From: Phyllobates terribilis
Lineage: Eukaryota
Length of the DNA stretch: 64,000 nt
Direction of reading: 5' to 3'
Assembly (NCBI RefSeq): GCF_046119375.1
Contig: NW_027362761.1
Location: forward strand, 92,132,001 to 92,196,000
Below, piece after piece: positions 12,891 through 25,800 of the stretch. The notes beneath the pieces were generated by a model. That model saw only the letters and a program-made list of their open reading frames with translations. It had not been told where the DNA came from and ran no database searches. The translations under genes and the position numbers were made by a program. Numbering within the stretch: position 1 is the stretch's first letter; each line of letters begins with the position of its first letter.

Positions 12891-14224
12891 GACCCTCTGA
12901 GAATCCATGATTCTAGTGCCTGATGTGGGCAGGGTCAGCTTTCTAAGCTCTGTTACATGCTAAATCTAATTCTTATTGTGTCACAACTGTTGTATCAAGT
13001 AAACTATGTGATACATCATTGGATTCAGGGTCCCTTTTCATACATCATGCTGCTCTCAGATGAGGTAGCAAAAACCTGTTGACATATTCCCTTTAAATAT
13101 TATACTGGCTTGCTGATTTCTAGTGCATTAACACTGAAGAATAAATGAATGCAATTGGAACTCCGCTTGACAGATGTCAGTTACACCATCTCACTGATCA
13201 ATCATATGGAATCTGGCACTGCTGCTTGTTCCTCCCTTATCCCGCTGTCCACTTAATTTTATCTCTTTTTTTTTCACAGACTACTACCCTCATCTTTTTC
13301 ACTGCTGCAGATGTACAACACATGATTTTCTTAAGAATTTGTACAATGTTTTACAGGTTTTTCTTCCTATCTCTATTACAATTGCACTATACTAAAACAC
13401 CCTAAAATGGCTCCGGCATTCTCAGTTTATATAGAGGCTACAATAGTCCCTCCTGATTCGCTGCACTGATGTGAAATCTGCAGTCTATAATGAGGAAGCC
13501 CATGAGATAGCACTTGTGGTTATGTGAGCCTTTTGTGGCTGATGCAGTCTTCTGCAATATATAAAAGAGTGTATGGAATTTTTTGGGCAATTCACGCAAA
13601 TCTAATTGCAAATAGTTGGAATTTTATAAAATGTGACACAAATTTTATTTACATCAAATATTTTCACTCATTTCTATGTTATACATTATACAAAGTGAGA
13701 TTACAATTATTAATGCCAGTAACAGGAAACAAACTGTGGTGAAATGCAATCCATTTTCATAAAGAAAAGGCTGGCGGTCACTATAGATGTATCAGATACC
13801 ATAATCAGTGTTTCAGCACACTGACTCTAAATATTTAAAAAATGTGAAATGGCTGCATATTTAAACCAAGGAAAAACTGTAGAGGAAAGGTAAATTCTAT
13901 ATGTAATTTATAAAAAAAAAGTACTAGGATATATGCATTTAGAAGTCAGCAAAACTGGTGCACAATTTTGTAAATTTGCATGATTATGTTACAACTTGCT
14001 TTTCATGTTAGACACAATTTCTTTCCTTATGCCTAACTAAGGATGATGTACATGTACACCAATTTTAAGCATTAAAAACTGGTAGGCATAAACATTTAGT
14101 GCATTTCATAACTTCATTTAGCCACAACACCTTTCATTGATACTTATCAAACCTGTCAAGGTAGTTTAAATATCTGAAAACACACTGAAAACAGAAATAT
14201 AGTGCTATTTCAAACTAAGTATTT

Positions 14225-14530
14225 TAACCAGACATGAGGAGTGAACCCGAACATAAAAGATGTGGGTTTTGTACCAGACACCTAGTGTCCGGTGTCAAAC
14301 TCCGGACACAAACTTTTTCCCGGAAGTCTGTTTCACTGTTTGGGTTCGATACCGAATAAAGTTTGTTGAAAGGCTGCAGCTCAGCCAATGAACAAGCTAT
14401 TAGGCTGTGGGCACTTCCGGAGTTATCACAGCCATGGCAAGTATTGGCATGGCTATGATTGGCAGAAGCAACACATGACGTGATCTGTATAAACATTGGA
14501 TCAATGGTTGCGCAACAATTTTATTCTGAG
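14225..14530. mobile_element. Degenerate hAT terminal region (GATGAGxGAACCCGAAC-type end)
   Basis: Degenerate TIR-like start followed by subterminal ccggac/cgaa motifs and a cacagccatggc palindrome like those in the other hAT ends here. Confidence 0.45.
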
Positions 14531-14532
14531 CG

Positions 14533-15712
14533 TGGTGTAGAGTGCCATAAAATCCTGGTGCAGCATGCTCTAACAGCCTGTTGCAGCGTGCCCTAACAGC
14601 CTGGTGCAGCGTGTCATAACAGCCTGAAACACAGTGCCATAACAGCCTGGTGTGGAGTGCCATAACAGCCTGTTGCAGCATGCTCTAATTGCCTGGTGCA
14701 GCGTGCTTTAGCAGCGTGGTGCAGCGTGCCGTAACAACCAGGTGCAATGTGCCATAACAGCCTGTTGTAGAGTTCCATAACAACCTGTAGCAGCATGCCC
14801 TAAGAGCCTGGTGCACAGTGCCATAACACCCTGGTATAGAGTGCCATAACAGCCAGGTGCAGCATGCTCTAAGAGTCTGGTGCAGAGTTCCATAACAGCC
14901 TGGTGCACAGTGCCATAATAGTCTGGTGCACAGTTCCATAACAGCCTAGTGTAGAGTTCCATAACATCCTAGTGCAGTGTGCCCTATCAGCCTTTGCACA
15001 GTGCAATAAAAGCCTGGTGTAGAGTTCCCTAAAAGCCTAGTGCAGCATGCCCTAATAGCCTGGGGCACCGTGCCATAACAGCCTGGTGCACAGTGCCATT
15101 ATAACCTGGTGTAGAGTGCCATAACAGCCTGATGTATAGTGCAATAATGACCTGGTGCAGCGTGCTGTAATAGCCTGGTGCAGTGTGTCATAACAGCCTG
15201 GTGTACAGTGCATTAACAGCTTGCTGTAGAGTGCTCTAACAGCCTGGTGCAGCATATACTAACAGTCTTGTGTACAGTGCCATAACAGCCTGGGGTAGAG
15301 TGCCATAACAGACTGGTGCAGCATGCCCTAACAGCCTGGTGCACAATGCCATAACAGCCTATTGAAGAGTGCCATAACAGCCTGGTGTAGAATGACATAA
15401 CAGTATGGCACAGCGTGCCCTTGCAGCCTTGGGTAGAGTGCCATAAAAGCCTGCTGTAGAGTGCCATACAAGCCAGGTGTAGAGTACCATAACAGCCTGG
15501 TGCACAGTGCCCTAACAGCCTGGTGCACAGTGCCATAACAGCCTGGTGTGGAGTGCAATAGCGGCCTGGTGCAGGGTGCTCTAGCAGTCTGGTGCATAGT
15601 GTCATAACAGCCTAGTGCAACACGTGCTAACAGCCTGGTGCACAGTGCCATATCAGCTTGGTATACAGCTCCATAACAGCCTGATGTGGAGTGCAATAAC
15701 AGCCAGGTGCAG
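14533..15712. repeat. 23-bp minisatellite, about 50 copies
   Basis: Consensus approximately GCACAGTGCCATAACAGCCTGGT. Confidence 0.93.
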
Positions 15713-15736
15713 CGGTATGGTGGAGCAGTGGTTACT

Positions 15737-16258
15737 TCAGGTTGCAGGCTTGTCAGAAGAGGTAGGTATTCTGGTCTGTTTTAAGGTTTCCACAGTAGGC
15801 GAGAGCCTGATATGTTGGTGTAGAGAGTTCCAGAGTAGGGGTGATGCACGGGAGAAATCATGTATGCAATTGTGGGAAGTGCAGATAAGATGGGAGCAGA
15901 GAAGGAGATCTTGTGAGGATCGGAGGTTACGTGCAGGTAAGTACCAGGACACTAGGTGACAGATGTATGGAGGAGACTAGTTGTGGATGGCTTTGCATGT
16001 CAAGGTTAGGGTTTCCAACTGGAGTCTCTGAGCAATGGGGAGCCAGTAAAGGGATTGACAGAGTAGAGGCCAGGGAGTAGTGAGGAGACAGGTGGATTGG
16101 TCGGGCAACAGAGTTTAGAATAGATTGGAGGAATGCGAGAGTGTTAGAAGGGAGGCCACAGAGCAGGAGGTTGCAGTGGTCGAGACGGGAGATGATGAGG
16201 GTGTGCACTAGTGTTTTTGTAGATTCTTGTTTGAGGAAAGTGCGGATGCGGAAGATTT
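15737..16258 (-). mobile_element. L2-clade LINE fragment (end of ORF2)
   Basis: KIFRIRTFL..TKTLVHTLIISRLDHCNLLLCGLP...LQSILNSVAR and RNLRSS...DFSRASPLLWNSL...RLSPT; typical L2/CR1 post-RT region. Confidence 0.85.
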
Positions 16259-16267
16259 TTTTTACTT

Positions 16268-17830
16268 GGAGACGGCATATTCCTCACCCTGATCCTCCTT
16301 CCTCCCATGATACCGAGTACCCAGAGACTACTGATCCCACACTTGGACATTCCAAAGAGCTATTTTGTACATCTTTCCATTTTTGAATTCTGGCCTCTCG
16401 CTCGGTCCTCTTCAACAGGCATTAGGAGACCACATGTAGTGATGCCCAAATATTTCAGCAGCCATGGTCACATGAAGGTGACTGTGAGAAAGTGCATGTT
16501 CATGCTCAGGCACATGACAGCAAAGCACCCAACTAGTTTGGCCGAATGCCTGGATTGCTTGCCAGGATTGCTTGCGCTAGAAATGTTGCCTTTTAGGCTT
16601 GCGGTGGTGGAAGCTTTCCGCAACATCAGGGCGGCGGCTGTCCCTTGGTACTCGGTCCCCAGCCACCACTGTTTCACCAAGTGTGTGCCTTATACAAGCA
16701 CGAGTCCCAGAACATTACCCTTACACTCACCAATGCAGTTACTGGGAAGGACCACCTAACCACAGACACGTGGACCAGTGCATGTGGCCAGGGACGGTAC
16801 ATCTCGCTGACAGCACACTGGGATAATATTGTGGAAGCTGGGACCCAGTCGGATCCTGGGATGGAACACTTCCTCCCGACGCCGAGGATTGCGGGCCCTG
16901 GGTCAATCAAGATTGCCCCCACATTCTACAGCTCCAGCACCTCCTCCTCCTCTTCGGCCTCCATATCCGAAATGACCACATCAGTCGCAAGCTGGAAGTA
17001 CTGCAGCACTGCCTCGGCCAAGCGGCAACAGGCTGTGCTGAAGATAATATGAGTAGGTGACAAACTGCACACCGCTGCAGAGTTGTTGAAAGCTGTAACA
17101 GAGCAGGCAGTTCTGTGTCTCTCAACATACAGTCAGGCATAGTCGTGTGTGACAATGCCTGGAACCTGGTGGCGGCTCTGAGGCTTGGCAACCTCACACA
17201 TGTACAATGGCTAACCCATATGCTCAACTTAGTAGTTCAGTGGTTTCTCAAAAGCTACCCAGATCTGCCAGAGGTGATTGTGAAAGTACGCCGTGTGTGT
17301 GCCCATTTCAGAAAGACAGCTACAGCTTCTGCCACCCTGGCAGTGCTTCCCCAGCATTTGCAGTTTCCAGCTCACCGACTGGTGTGTAATGTCACCACAC
17401 GTTGGAAATCAACATTGCAGATGTTGGGAAGTATTTGTGAGCAGCAGAGGGCAGTTGTTGAGTACCAACTTTAACACGCCCTTTGGAATTCAGGTCAGCA
17501 TCTGCACATAAGAGCTGATGAGTGGACATGGATGTCTGATATCTGTGCCATCCTCCAAAACTTGGAAGACTCCACCAAGATGGTGAGCGGCGATGACGCC
17601 ATAAATAGCGTCACCATCACACTTCTCTGTCTACTAAAATGCTTGCTGCTTACAATTAAAGAGGAGGCATTGCAGGCGGAGCAAGGAACTATACAGGGTG
17701 ATGCTACACAACCCAGCCTCATCTCATCTCAATGCGGATTGGGTGATAATGAGGAGGAGAGGGATGAGGAGGAGAATATGGAAAGTCGTCCTCTTGGTGA
17801 GGACAGGGAAGTCTTGGCTGTCTTGGAAGT
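16268..17830 (+). pseudogene. hAT family A transposase core fragment, copy 2
   Basis: HLTTDTWTSACGQGRYISLTAHW (first catalytic D), VVCDNAWNL (second D), degenerate CxxH region (WLTHMLNLVVQ), TTRWKST; multiple stops and frameshifts. Confidence 0.88.
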
Positions 17831-17879
17831 CTTGATACCCCTCTTTCTGTCTGTGGGAAAGCTTTATCAGTTTCGCTTA

Positions 17880-18090
17880 ATGATGACCTTCAGTTGCCTA
17901 AACCATGGCTTTGCTTATGCACGTTATTTCTCAAAATGTATTGCAGATCAGGCCATTGCCCAACTGTGTAGTCATGAAATTCAAGGCATAAAGATCTTTG
18001 TGTGTCGATTGCACCCAGAAGTGTGAGCTTTTGTTGGAGGGGTTGCTATTGCTTATGGAACAAGCTGCATTAGAGGACTTCCTCTAATCA
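17880..18090 (-). repeat. Degraded antisense hAT fragment, same as part of the 8240-10780 unit
   Basis: Shares tgcttatgca.gttatttctcaaa...ttgcagatcaggccattgcccaact and caagctgcattagaggacttcct with the tandem units. Confidence 0.75.
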
Positions 18091-19109
18091 TGAAAGAGTT
18101 TGCTCGTTGTCTAGGAGACCGACCACCGCTGCTGGCTATCTTGTGAACATTGTGTTGAAGCTTGCAAGGATTAAGAGGTTACATTGGCGAGTCTAGTATT
18201 TATACTAAAGATCCTGCTGTGTTTTTATAGTTTTTTTTTTTTTATCGTCTCTTTGAATGTGTATTGGAGTGCATCCTAATTTTTGGCAGCCCTTGAAATT
18301 GCTGCATGCGCAATATCAGTAAAGATCTGAAAAACTGAACTGGAATGTAAATTGGTGTGCATGCAGCATGTAAGAGCATGTTCACACAGTGCCATTAAAC
18401 AGAAAAAAAACAACGACAGAAACACAATACACAAATACCCTGCAATAAATAAATAAACCGCAATAGTGCATGAAAATAATAAAGGGTACTTAGTTAACAT
18501 CATTTTGATCAAAATAATGCGAAAGCCATCCCACCTCATCACGGCGATGGTTATGGGACAGGCCTAACTCTAATATTTAAAACCTTACTGTTTGTCAAGT
18601 GACATGCATGTGGATAAGGGCTGAGAGACTGAACTCAGCTAGTGGACACAGAGACCTGGGAAGCAAGATGAATAAACTTTCCAGCTCAAGGAAAGGGCGG
18701 CCACATCCTTATAGGGACTTGTGCATATTAGACTGAATAAACCTGAAGAACTGAACTGGAATGTAAATTGGTGTGCATGCAGCATGTAAGAGCATGTTCA
18801 CACATGGCCATGTGAACATGTTCTTACATGCTGCATAGATTCTATATACTAGAATATTACCTGTGTTATCTAGAATTCGTTTACGAGTGAACTATCGCAG
18901 TATGGATAGTGTATTAAACTGATCCAGCCAGGTATTATTTCCTTATACTGATGCTGCCAAAAAAAAATACAAATCTATTTTATTCTCTATTGATACTGCT
19001 GTTAGATGCATTTACAATAGGGACAGGTGCTGCTAGGTGGTATCATCAGCTAAAGATGAGTGTTCATTCTAGTTGCATAAATCTTTTCCACAGTCCATAC
19101 CCATTTTTT

Positions 19110-20422
19110 ATTTTTTATTTGGCCTTATATATAAGTCATGACCCTGCAAAGAATGTTTCTTAACATTTCTTCCATGAAAATCCATTTTAGCTTCATTTTG
19201 TATTTTTTATTGTCAGTCCATAAAAATGGCGTAATACTCTTACAACATTGTTCACAGATAAGTTATTGGTCAGTGACCAAGTGTAAATAAGTTTGAACAA
19301 CATACAACTGGCTGACTTTAAAAGGAGTGTAATATCTGGCACACTCCCAAAAAATTCTGGATTATTAGCGCAGTAATATGGGATCACGTCTGATGACCAC
19401 GGTTTTAGGCAGTGGCGTTAGAGATATGGTATTGGTCAGCGACAAAGTGTAAATAGGTTGAACAGCACACAACTGGCAGGCTTTAACTGGAGTGTAATAT
19501 TTGGCATGCTCCAAAAAATGTGACGAATATTACCGCAGTAATATGAGATCATGTGTGATGACCACGGTTTTAGGCAGTGGCGTTAGAGATGTGGTATTGA
19601 TCAGCGACTAAGTGTGAATAGGTGGAACAACACACAAACGGCAGACATTAACTGGAGTGTAATATTTGGCACGCTCTAAAAAATGTCACGTTTATTACTG
19701 CAGTAATATCGGATCACGTCTGATGACGGACAAGTTTCTCTGCTTCCACAATACTGCAATGCAAAAAAAAAATCTGGCTGTATTCTGCTAACAAGCAAAT
19801 GAAGCAGTAAAATGGTGTACTGTATTGCTTTTCAAGCAAGTAATCAGGATTAAGACCAAAAAAATAATTAGCCTTCATATCTAGGGCTATGGATATCTGT
19901 AACAGCTGCAGAGCAGATAGAACGCATATTGGACCATATTCTGCTCATACACTCTCCACAAACACTGCCTGCCTAACTCCTGCTATCACCAGGATTAATA
20001 ATATATGCAGCTGGATTAGTCCTTAGAAGGACTATTAGTTCATATGTGTTTATAGAGTTGTGCCTAATACCTAATACTTCAGTAATAGGCTGCCAATTCT
20101 CTCCCTAGTTCAGCAGCAATTCTCCCTACTCTGCCTGTTTCTGGGGTAGACTGTGACAAGCACAGGGTCACGGGTCTGATATAGACCTTATGACACTATG
20201 CAGCCAGCAAATCACTGTCACAACCAACATGGCTGAGGCATTACAGTGAGTGGCAGGCAATCCCTGCATGTTTAATCACCATTAAAACAGCATCAAACAT
20301 GCGGGGCAGGGACTTGAGCTCTCGCCCAAGCATCCAACTATGTACTCGCCGAGCACCGAGCATCTCGAGCAGTGAGATGCTCAGGCGAGTACAAAGGAGG
20401 AGCAAGCATGATCGCTCATCAC
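19110..20422 (-). mobile_element. Non-autonomous hAT: subterminal ~165-bp repeats (x3) and left end
   Basis: Unit marker attggtcag at 19265, 19431 and 19596; the end is homologous to 37600-38314; TIR ...CGCTCATCAC. Confidence 0.75.
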
Positions 20423-22535
20423 TAGTGATGAGCGACCACTAAAATGCTCGGGTGCTCGAAGCTCGGGTCGAGCACATTGGAATACTCGGGTGCTCGACCC
20501 GAGCAACGAGCCCAATGTAAGTCTATGGGAAACTCGAGCATTTTTCTGGCGGTCCCCCCTGGCGGTCTGCAGAAGGTCAAAAAATGCCCAAATCGATGGG
20601 AACAGTGCTCAATTAAAAGTAAGGCAGGCAGAATATATAGGCAGACAGGCAGGCAGGGTATATAGGAGGATGCATGAAAAACATAGCAGGGAACTTGGAA
20701 CACACTAGTGCCCTCCGATTTTCATGCACCCTTCTCTTTAAAAAAGCCGGCCGGCAATTCAGCAGCCAGCAAAACTCATGCAGGTCACTGACAGAGTGGG
20801 AGAATTCTCCAGCGCATGTGGTGCAGGCAAATGACGTCACCGCTTGAGCAGGAGAATTCTCCCACGCTGGGATGGCATTGAGATGACAGGCTGGATCGCA
20901 GCAGAGCACTACCATCCAGCTTGTCATCCTTCAGAGACACTGCAGAGCACAAGCATGTGCTCTGCAGTGTCTCTGAAGGATGACAAGCCGGATGGTAGCA
21001 CTGTGCTGCGATCCAGCTCTTCAGAGACACTGCAGGTAGTGCTTCAGAGACACTGCAGGTAGCACTTCAGAGACACTGCAGAGCGCAAGCATGCTTGCGC
21101 TCTGCAGTGTCTCTGAAGGATAACAAGCTGGATGGTAGTGCTCTGCTGTGATCCAGCCTGTCATCTCATTGCCATCCCAGCGTGGGAGAATTCTCCTGCT
21201 CAAGCGGTGAGCACAGGAGAATTCTCCCACGCTGTCAGTGATGCGCATGAGGTGAGCTGAGTTCATTGGACATGAACTCGGCTCATCTGGATGCCATCAC
21301 AGCAAGACACTGAGGAGCTTCACTGAGGAGCTTCTCAGTGTCTGCGGCATGGCAAGCTGGATGGCAGCATTCTGTTGCGATCCAGCCTGTCATGTCAATG
21401 TAGCAGAGCTGAAGCTGTCCTGGGAACCATGGAAAGGTAGGGATGACATTGGTTTATTATTTTACTTTTATTGCAGGAGATTGTTGGCTTCAGCTGGAAT
21501 GGGCGATATGGTAAGTAGGGTTTAATTTAGAACATTAAAGGAATGTGTCTTTATTTCAATTAAAGGACTTTATTCTGGGTGTTTGTGGTTTTTTTAACTT
21601 TGACTATGGGGTTAGTAATGGGGGTGTATTATAGACGCCTCTCCATTACTAACCTGAGCTTTATGTCAGCTGGCATTATAAGCTGACATCAACCCCAACC
21701 CTATTACCCCACTGCCACCGCTACAGGGCAGTGGAAAGAGCAAGGCTAAGTGCCAGAATTGGCGCATCCTATGGATGCTCCATTTCTGGGGTGGCAGACG
21801 GCTGGTGTTTCTAGCCTGGGAGGGGGCCAATATTCATGGCACCCTTCCTGGGGTATTGATATCAGCCCTCAGCTGTCTGCCTAGCCTTTGCTAGCTATTA
21901 AAAAAGGGGGACCCCACGTCATTTTTTTTTTGGGGTCCCCCATTTTTATAGCTAGTAAAGGCTAGGTATTCAGCTGGGGGCTGATATTAGTAGCCTTGGA
22001 AGCTCCGTGGGTATTACCCCCTTCCCAGGCTTCAAACATCTGCCCCAGCCATCTGCTTAACCTCCGCTAGAGACTAAAATTACGGGGAACCCCACGCCAA
22101 TTTTTTTTTTAATAAATCCTTTATTTTAACACTAAATGACAAGTACAGTAACCAACACTGTCACTGTACTTATTATATATGTGACTGACATGTTTCTATC
22201 TTTTTAATCTATGTGTGATGCTCTATTCTTTCTGTTCTAAATTGTCGGGTACCGGTGTATGCTGCTGAATTGCCGGCTTTTCATGTTTCACTGTGAGCAC
22301 TGTTCCTATCGATTTGGGCAATCACTGTAATGCCACAACCACCATGGCTGTGGCATTACAGTGAGTGGCAGACAATCCCTGCATGATTGGTGCTCTGAAT
22401 AGCACTAAACATGCAGGACGGGGACCCGAGCTCCCGCCCGAGCATCTCGACAGTACTCGGCGAGCTCCGAGCATCTCGAGTACTGAGATGCTCGGGCGAG
22501 TAACAAGCAGTGGCGAGCATGCTCGCTCATCACTA
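20423..22535 (-). mobile_element. Non-autonomous hAT element with both TIRs
   Basis: Begins TAGTGATGAGCGACCAC and ends GCATGCTCGCTCATCACTA; no transposase; internal palindromes. Confidence 0.82.
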
Positions 22536-22540
22536 CTCAT

Positions 22541-23142
22541 GGTCACGTGGTCACGTATTGCGAGATTTTGGTCAACAACCTCCTTCCCTCAGTAAGAGCA
22601 TTGAATATGGGTCATGGCTGGGTCTTCCAGAATGACAATGACTCGAAACACTCAGCCAGGGCAACTAAGGAGTGGCTCCGAAAGAAGCATTTCAAGGTTC
22701 AGGAGTGGCCTAGCCAGTGTCCAGACCTGAACCCAATAGAAAACTTTGGAGGAAGCTGAAACTCAATGTTGCCCAGCAACAGCCCCGAAACCCAAAAGAT
22801 CTGGAGTATATCTCTATGGAGGAGTGGACCAAAATCCCTGCCACAGTATGTTCAAACTTGGTCAAGAACTGGAGTAAACATCTGACCTCTGTAATTGCAA
22901 ACAAAGGTTTCTGTATCAAATATTAAGTTCTGTTTTTCTATTGTATCAAATACTTATTTCATGCAATAATATGCAAATTAATTATGTAAAAATCATACAA
23001 TGTGATCTTCTGGATATTTTTTTAACATTTTGTCTCGCACAGTTGAAGTGTACGTACGATAAAAATTACAGTCCTCTCCATTATTTGTAGGTGGGAAAAC
23101 TTGCAAAATCGGCAGTGTATCAATTACTTATTTTCCCCACTG
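22541..23142 (+). mobile_element. 3' half of a Tc1 (DD34E) element
   Basis: [13 protein letters not shown]...[13 protein letters not shown]; right TIR ends ...TTTTCCCCACTG at 23142; related to but distinct from the 1961 element. Confidence 0.88.
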
Positions 23143-23252
23143 TTTATCCCCCTCCCACCAACTTTTGGTGTTACAATAAAATATTTTAATATTTTAAAAA
23201 TACCAAGGATAATATATCGTTGTTTTTTTTGTTTTTTTCCTTGTGTTTGTAA

Positions 23253-23433
23253 TTGAATTTAGCAACCTGTACTTGAATGCTAAAATAGTCCTATCATACT
23301 ATTGCGTGGTGATTACATTATTAAGAATTTTTACATATATATAATAGACATGCTTGAATTTAGCAACCTGTACTTGAATGCTAAAATAGTCCTATCATAC
23401 TATTGCATGGTGATTACATTATTAAGAATTTTT
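23253..23433. repeat. Direct repeat of ~80 bp (period 101)
   Basis: ttgaatttagcaacctgtacttgaatgctaaaatagtcc...aagaattttt at 23253 and 23354. Confidence 0.9.
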
Positions 23434-23629
23434 GCAGTCTTCTGGATCCTCTCTGTCACGGTAAACCCTTGACACCTTGCAAGCTTCAGCACAATGTTCA
23501 CATGGTAGTCAGCAGTGTAAGTCGGTCTCCTAGACAACGAGCTAACTCCTTTATGATGATAAAGGACAACATCTGCATTAGTTTGTATGTTCTCCCCATG
23601 ATTGCGGGGGTTTCTCCCAAGTTCTCCGG

Positions 23630-25800
23630 TTACCTCCTCAGTAAAAAAGCAGCCATACAGGAGTGTTCACAGTTCAAAAAATTAGGGCCTGACACCACCA
23701 TTCCCATGGCCAACAGATTGGAGATGGTGGAATTCCACCTCTTAGCTTTGTCATGTGTGGGAGGAAACAATCTTTTACGTGACCACAAATGTGGGACCGA
23801 GAGCTGCCTGCAGGCCTGAGAGAGTGCAGAGTACAGTGAAACGGACAAACTGCTGGACCGTGAGAGAGGTGCAGGTGCAGATGTTACGGTGGATTGAGAA
23901 ACATGTGGTATGCTCGGTGAAACAAGCACAGCAGGCGTGTCTGCTTCTGATACAGCCGATGGGCTCTCACTCAGCCTGACTGGAGCGGGTAGAGAACCAG
24001 AAATTCTGCGGTGGGAGACCTGCGTGACGATACTTGACACGGTAACAGAGGAGGAGGAAGAAGCAGTGGATGAGGTTGATGGGGCGGCTGATGGTTGTTG
24101 AGGTCCGTATTTTATCGCAGTTAAATTGCCAGAGTAATGTTGATTGCGATTGTGAAGGTTCATGCATGTAGTAGTAAAATTATTGCACTTTTTCCCTCTA
24201 CTGAGTTTTTTATTGCAAAGTTTGCAGATAACGTGAGCTGGCTCATTCTTTGCGGTCTCAAAAAAGGCCCAGGCTAGGCAACCCTTGCCGCCCCTGTGAG
24301 CTGCAGACCCGCGACCACTGCTGGTCACTGCCATTGTTGTCGCTAAGGATGCAGTGCTCCTGGTGCTTGCATCAGTCCATGTCTGCACCATAGGATGCAA
24401 CATAACCTCCTCATATTCCTCCTCTTCCACCTCCTTAGATGAGCTACTCAGCTGCGTACCTCTAGGTTCACACCAAGTTGGATGTGTTATCCTATTCCTC
24501 GCCCTAAGAGTCACCCTCCTCCTCTTCTTGCCCTGACAGCGCAGTACAGTCGAGGGTCAGGAAGCTGCTCGGACTCAACCTTTATTTTTACCCCTGTATT
24601 GAGAACAATATTTGCCCCAAACAATTTTAAGTTGAGATGTAGTCTGCTTTATATACCCATTTTGAGTATGTCAGGTCTGTGTACCCCTGTGTGAGGAAGA
24701 ATAACTGCCCCAAACAATTTTAAGTGGAGATGTAGCCTGTTTTATATACCACGGTAGAAAGAAAACCAATTTCTATTTTATCATGTGTTCGCCTGTGATA
24801 ACAATATCTGCACCAAACAATTAATTTAAATTGAGCATAAGTATTATAATGGGGACAGACACCTCTCCCACTATAGCCAACACAGCAGATGGAAACACAA
24901 TCAGGAGTGTTTCCATTTAAAAAAATTAGGGCCTGACACCACCATTTCCGTTGCCAACAGATTGGAGATGGTGGAGTTCAACCTCTTAGTTTTGTCATAT
25001 GTAGGATGAAACTATCTTTTACATGACCACAAATGCGGGACCGAGGGCTGGCTGAAGTGCTGAGATAGGGTGGAGTACGGTGAACCGGAAAAAACTGTTG
25101 GTCCGTGAGTGAGGTGCAGGGGGACATGTTGCGGTGGATTGAGAAAGATGTGTGCAACAAACACAGCAGGCATGTCCGCTTCCGTTAAAGCTGATGGGGG
25201 TCTCACTCAGCCTGACTGGAGGGGGTAGAGAAGTGGAGATTCTGCGGTGGGAGACCTGCGTGCCAATACTTGGCACTGTAACAGAGGATGAGGAAGAATA
25301 GGCGGATGCGGTTGATGAGACAGCTGATGGTTGTTGAGGTCCGCTGGTCCTCATTTTATCACAGTATGATTGCCAGAGTAACGCATATTGATTGCACATG
25401 TGAGGGTTCATATATGTAGTAGTCAAATTATTGCACTTTTTCCCTCTACTGAGTTTTTTATTGCAAAGTTTGCAGATAATGTGAGCTGGCTCATTCATTG
25501 CGGTCTCAAAAAAGTCCCAGGCTAGGCAACCCTTGCCGTCCCTGAAAGCTGCAGACCCGCGACCACTGCTGGCCACTGCCACAGTTGTTGCTAAGGATAC
25601 AGTGCTCCTCGTGCTTGCATCAGTTCGTGTCTGCTCTATAGGACGCAACGTAACCTTCTTGTATTCCTCCTCTTCCACCTCCTCAGATGAGCTACTCAGC
25701 TCTGGGTTCACACAAAGTTGGATGTACAACCTCATCATCATCCAATGTGTTATCCCATTCCTCGCCCTAAGAGTCACCCTCCTCCTCTTCTTGTCCTGAC
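23630..25800 (-). pseudogene. Two tandem copies (~1.24-kb unit) of the N-terminal BED-finger part of a hAT family B transposase
   Basis: ORFs 23630-24514 and 25019-25777 both contain AW(A/D)FFETAxNEPAHxICKLCNKKLSRGKKCNNxTTT; both are cut at the same point (aaaaaattagggcctgacaccacc at ~23683 and ~24920). Confidence 0.85.

Noticed and set aside
14400-15696. Many Cys/His-rich ORFs, and a possible CRISPR-like array
   Set aside because: They are translations of a 23-bp minisatellite; the units are contiguous with no unique spacers and no cas genes.
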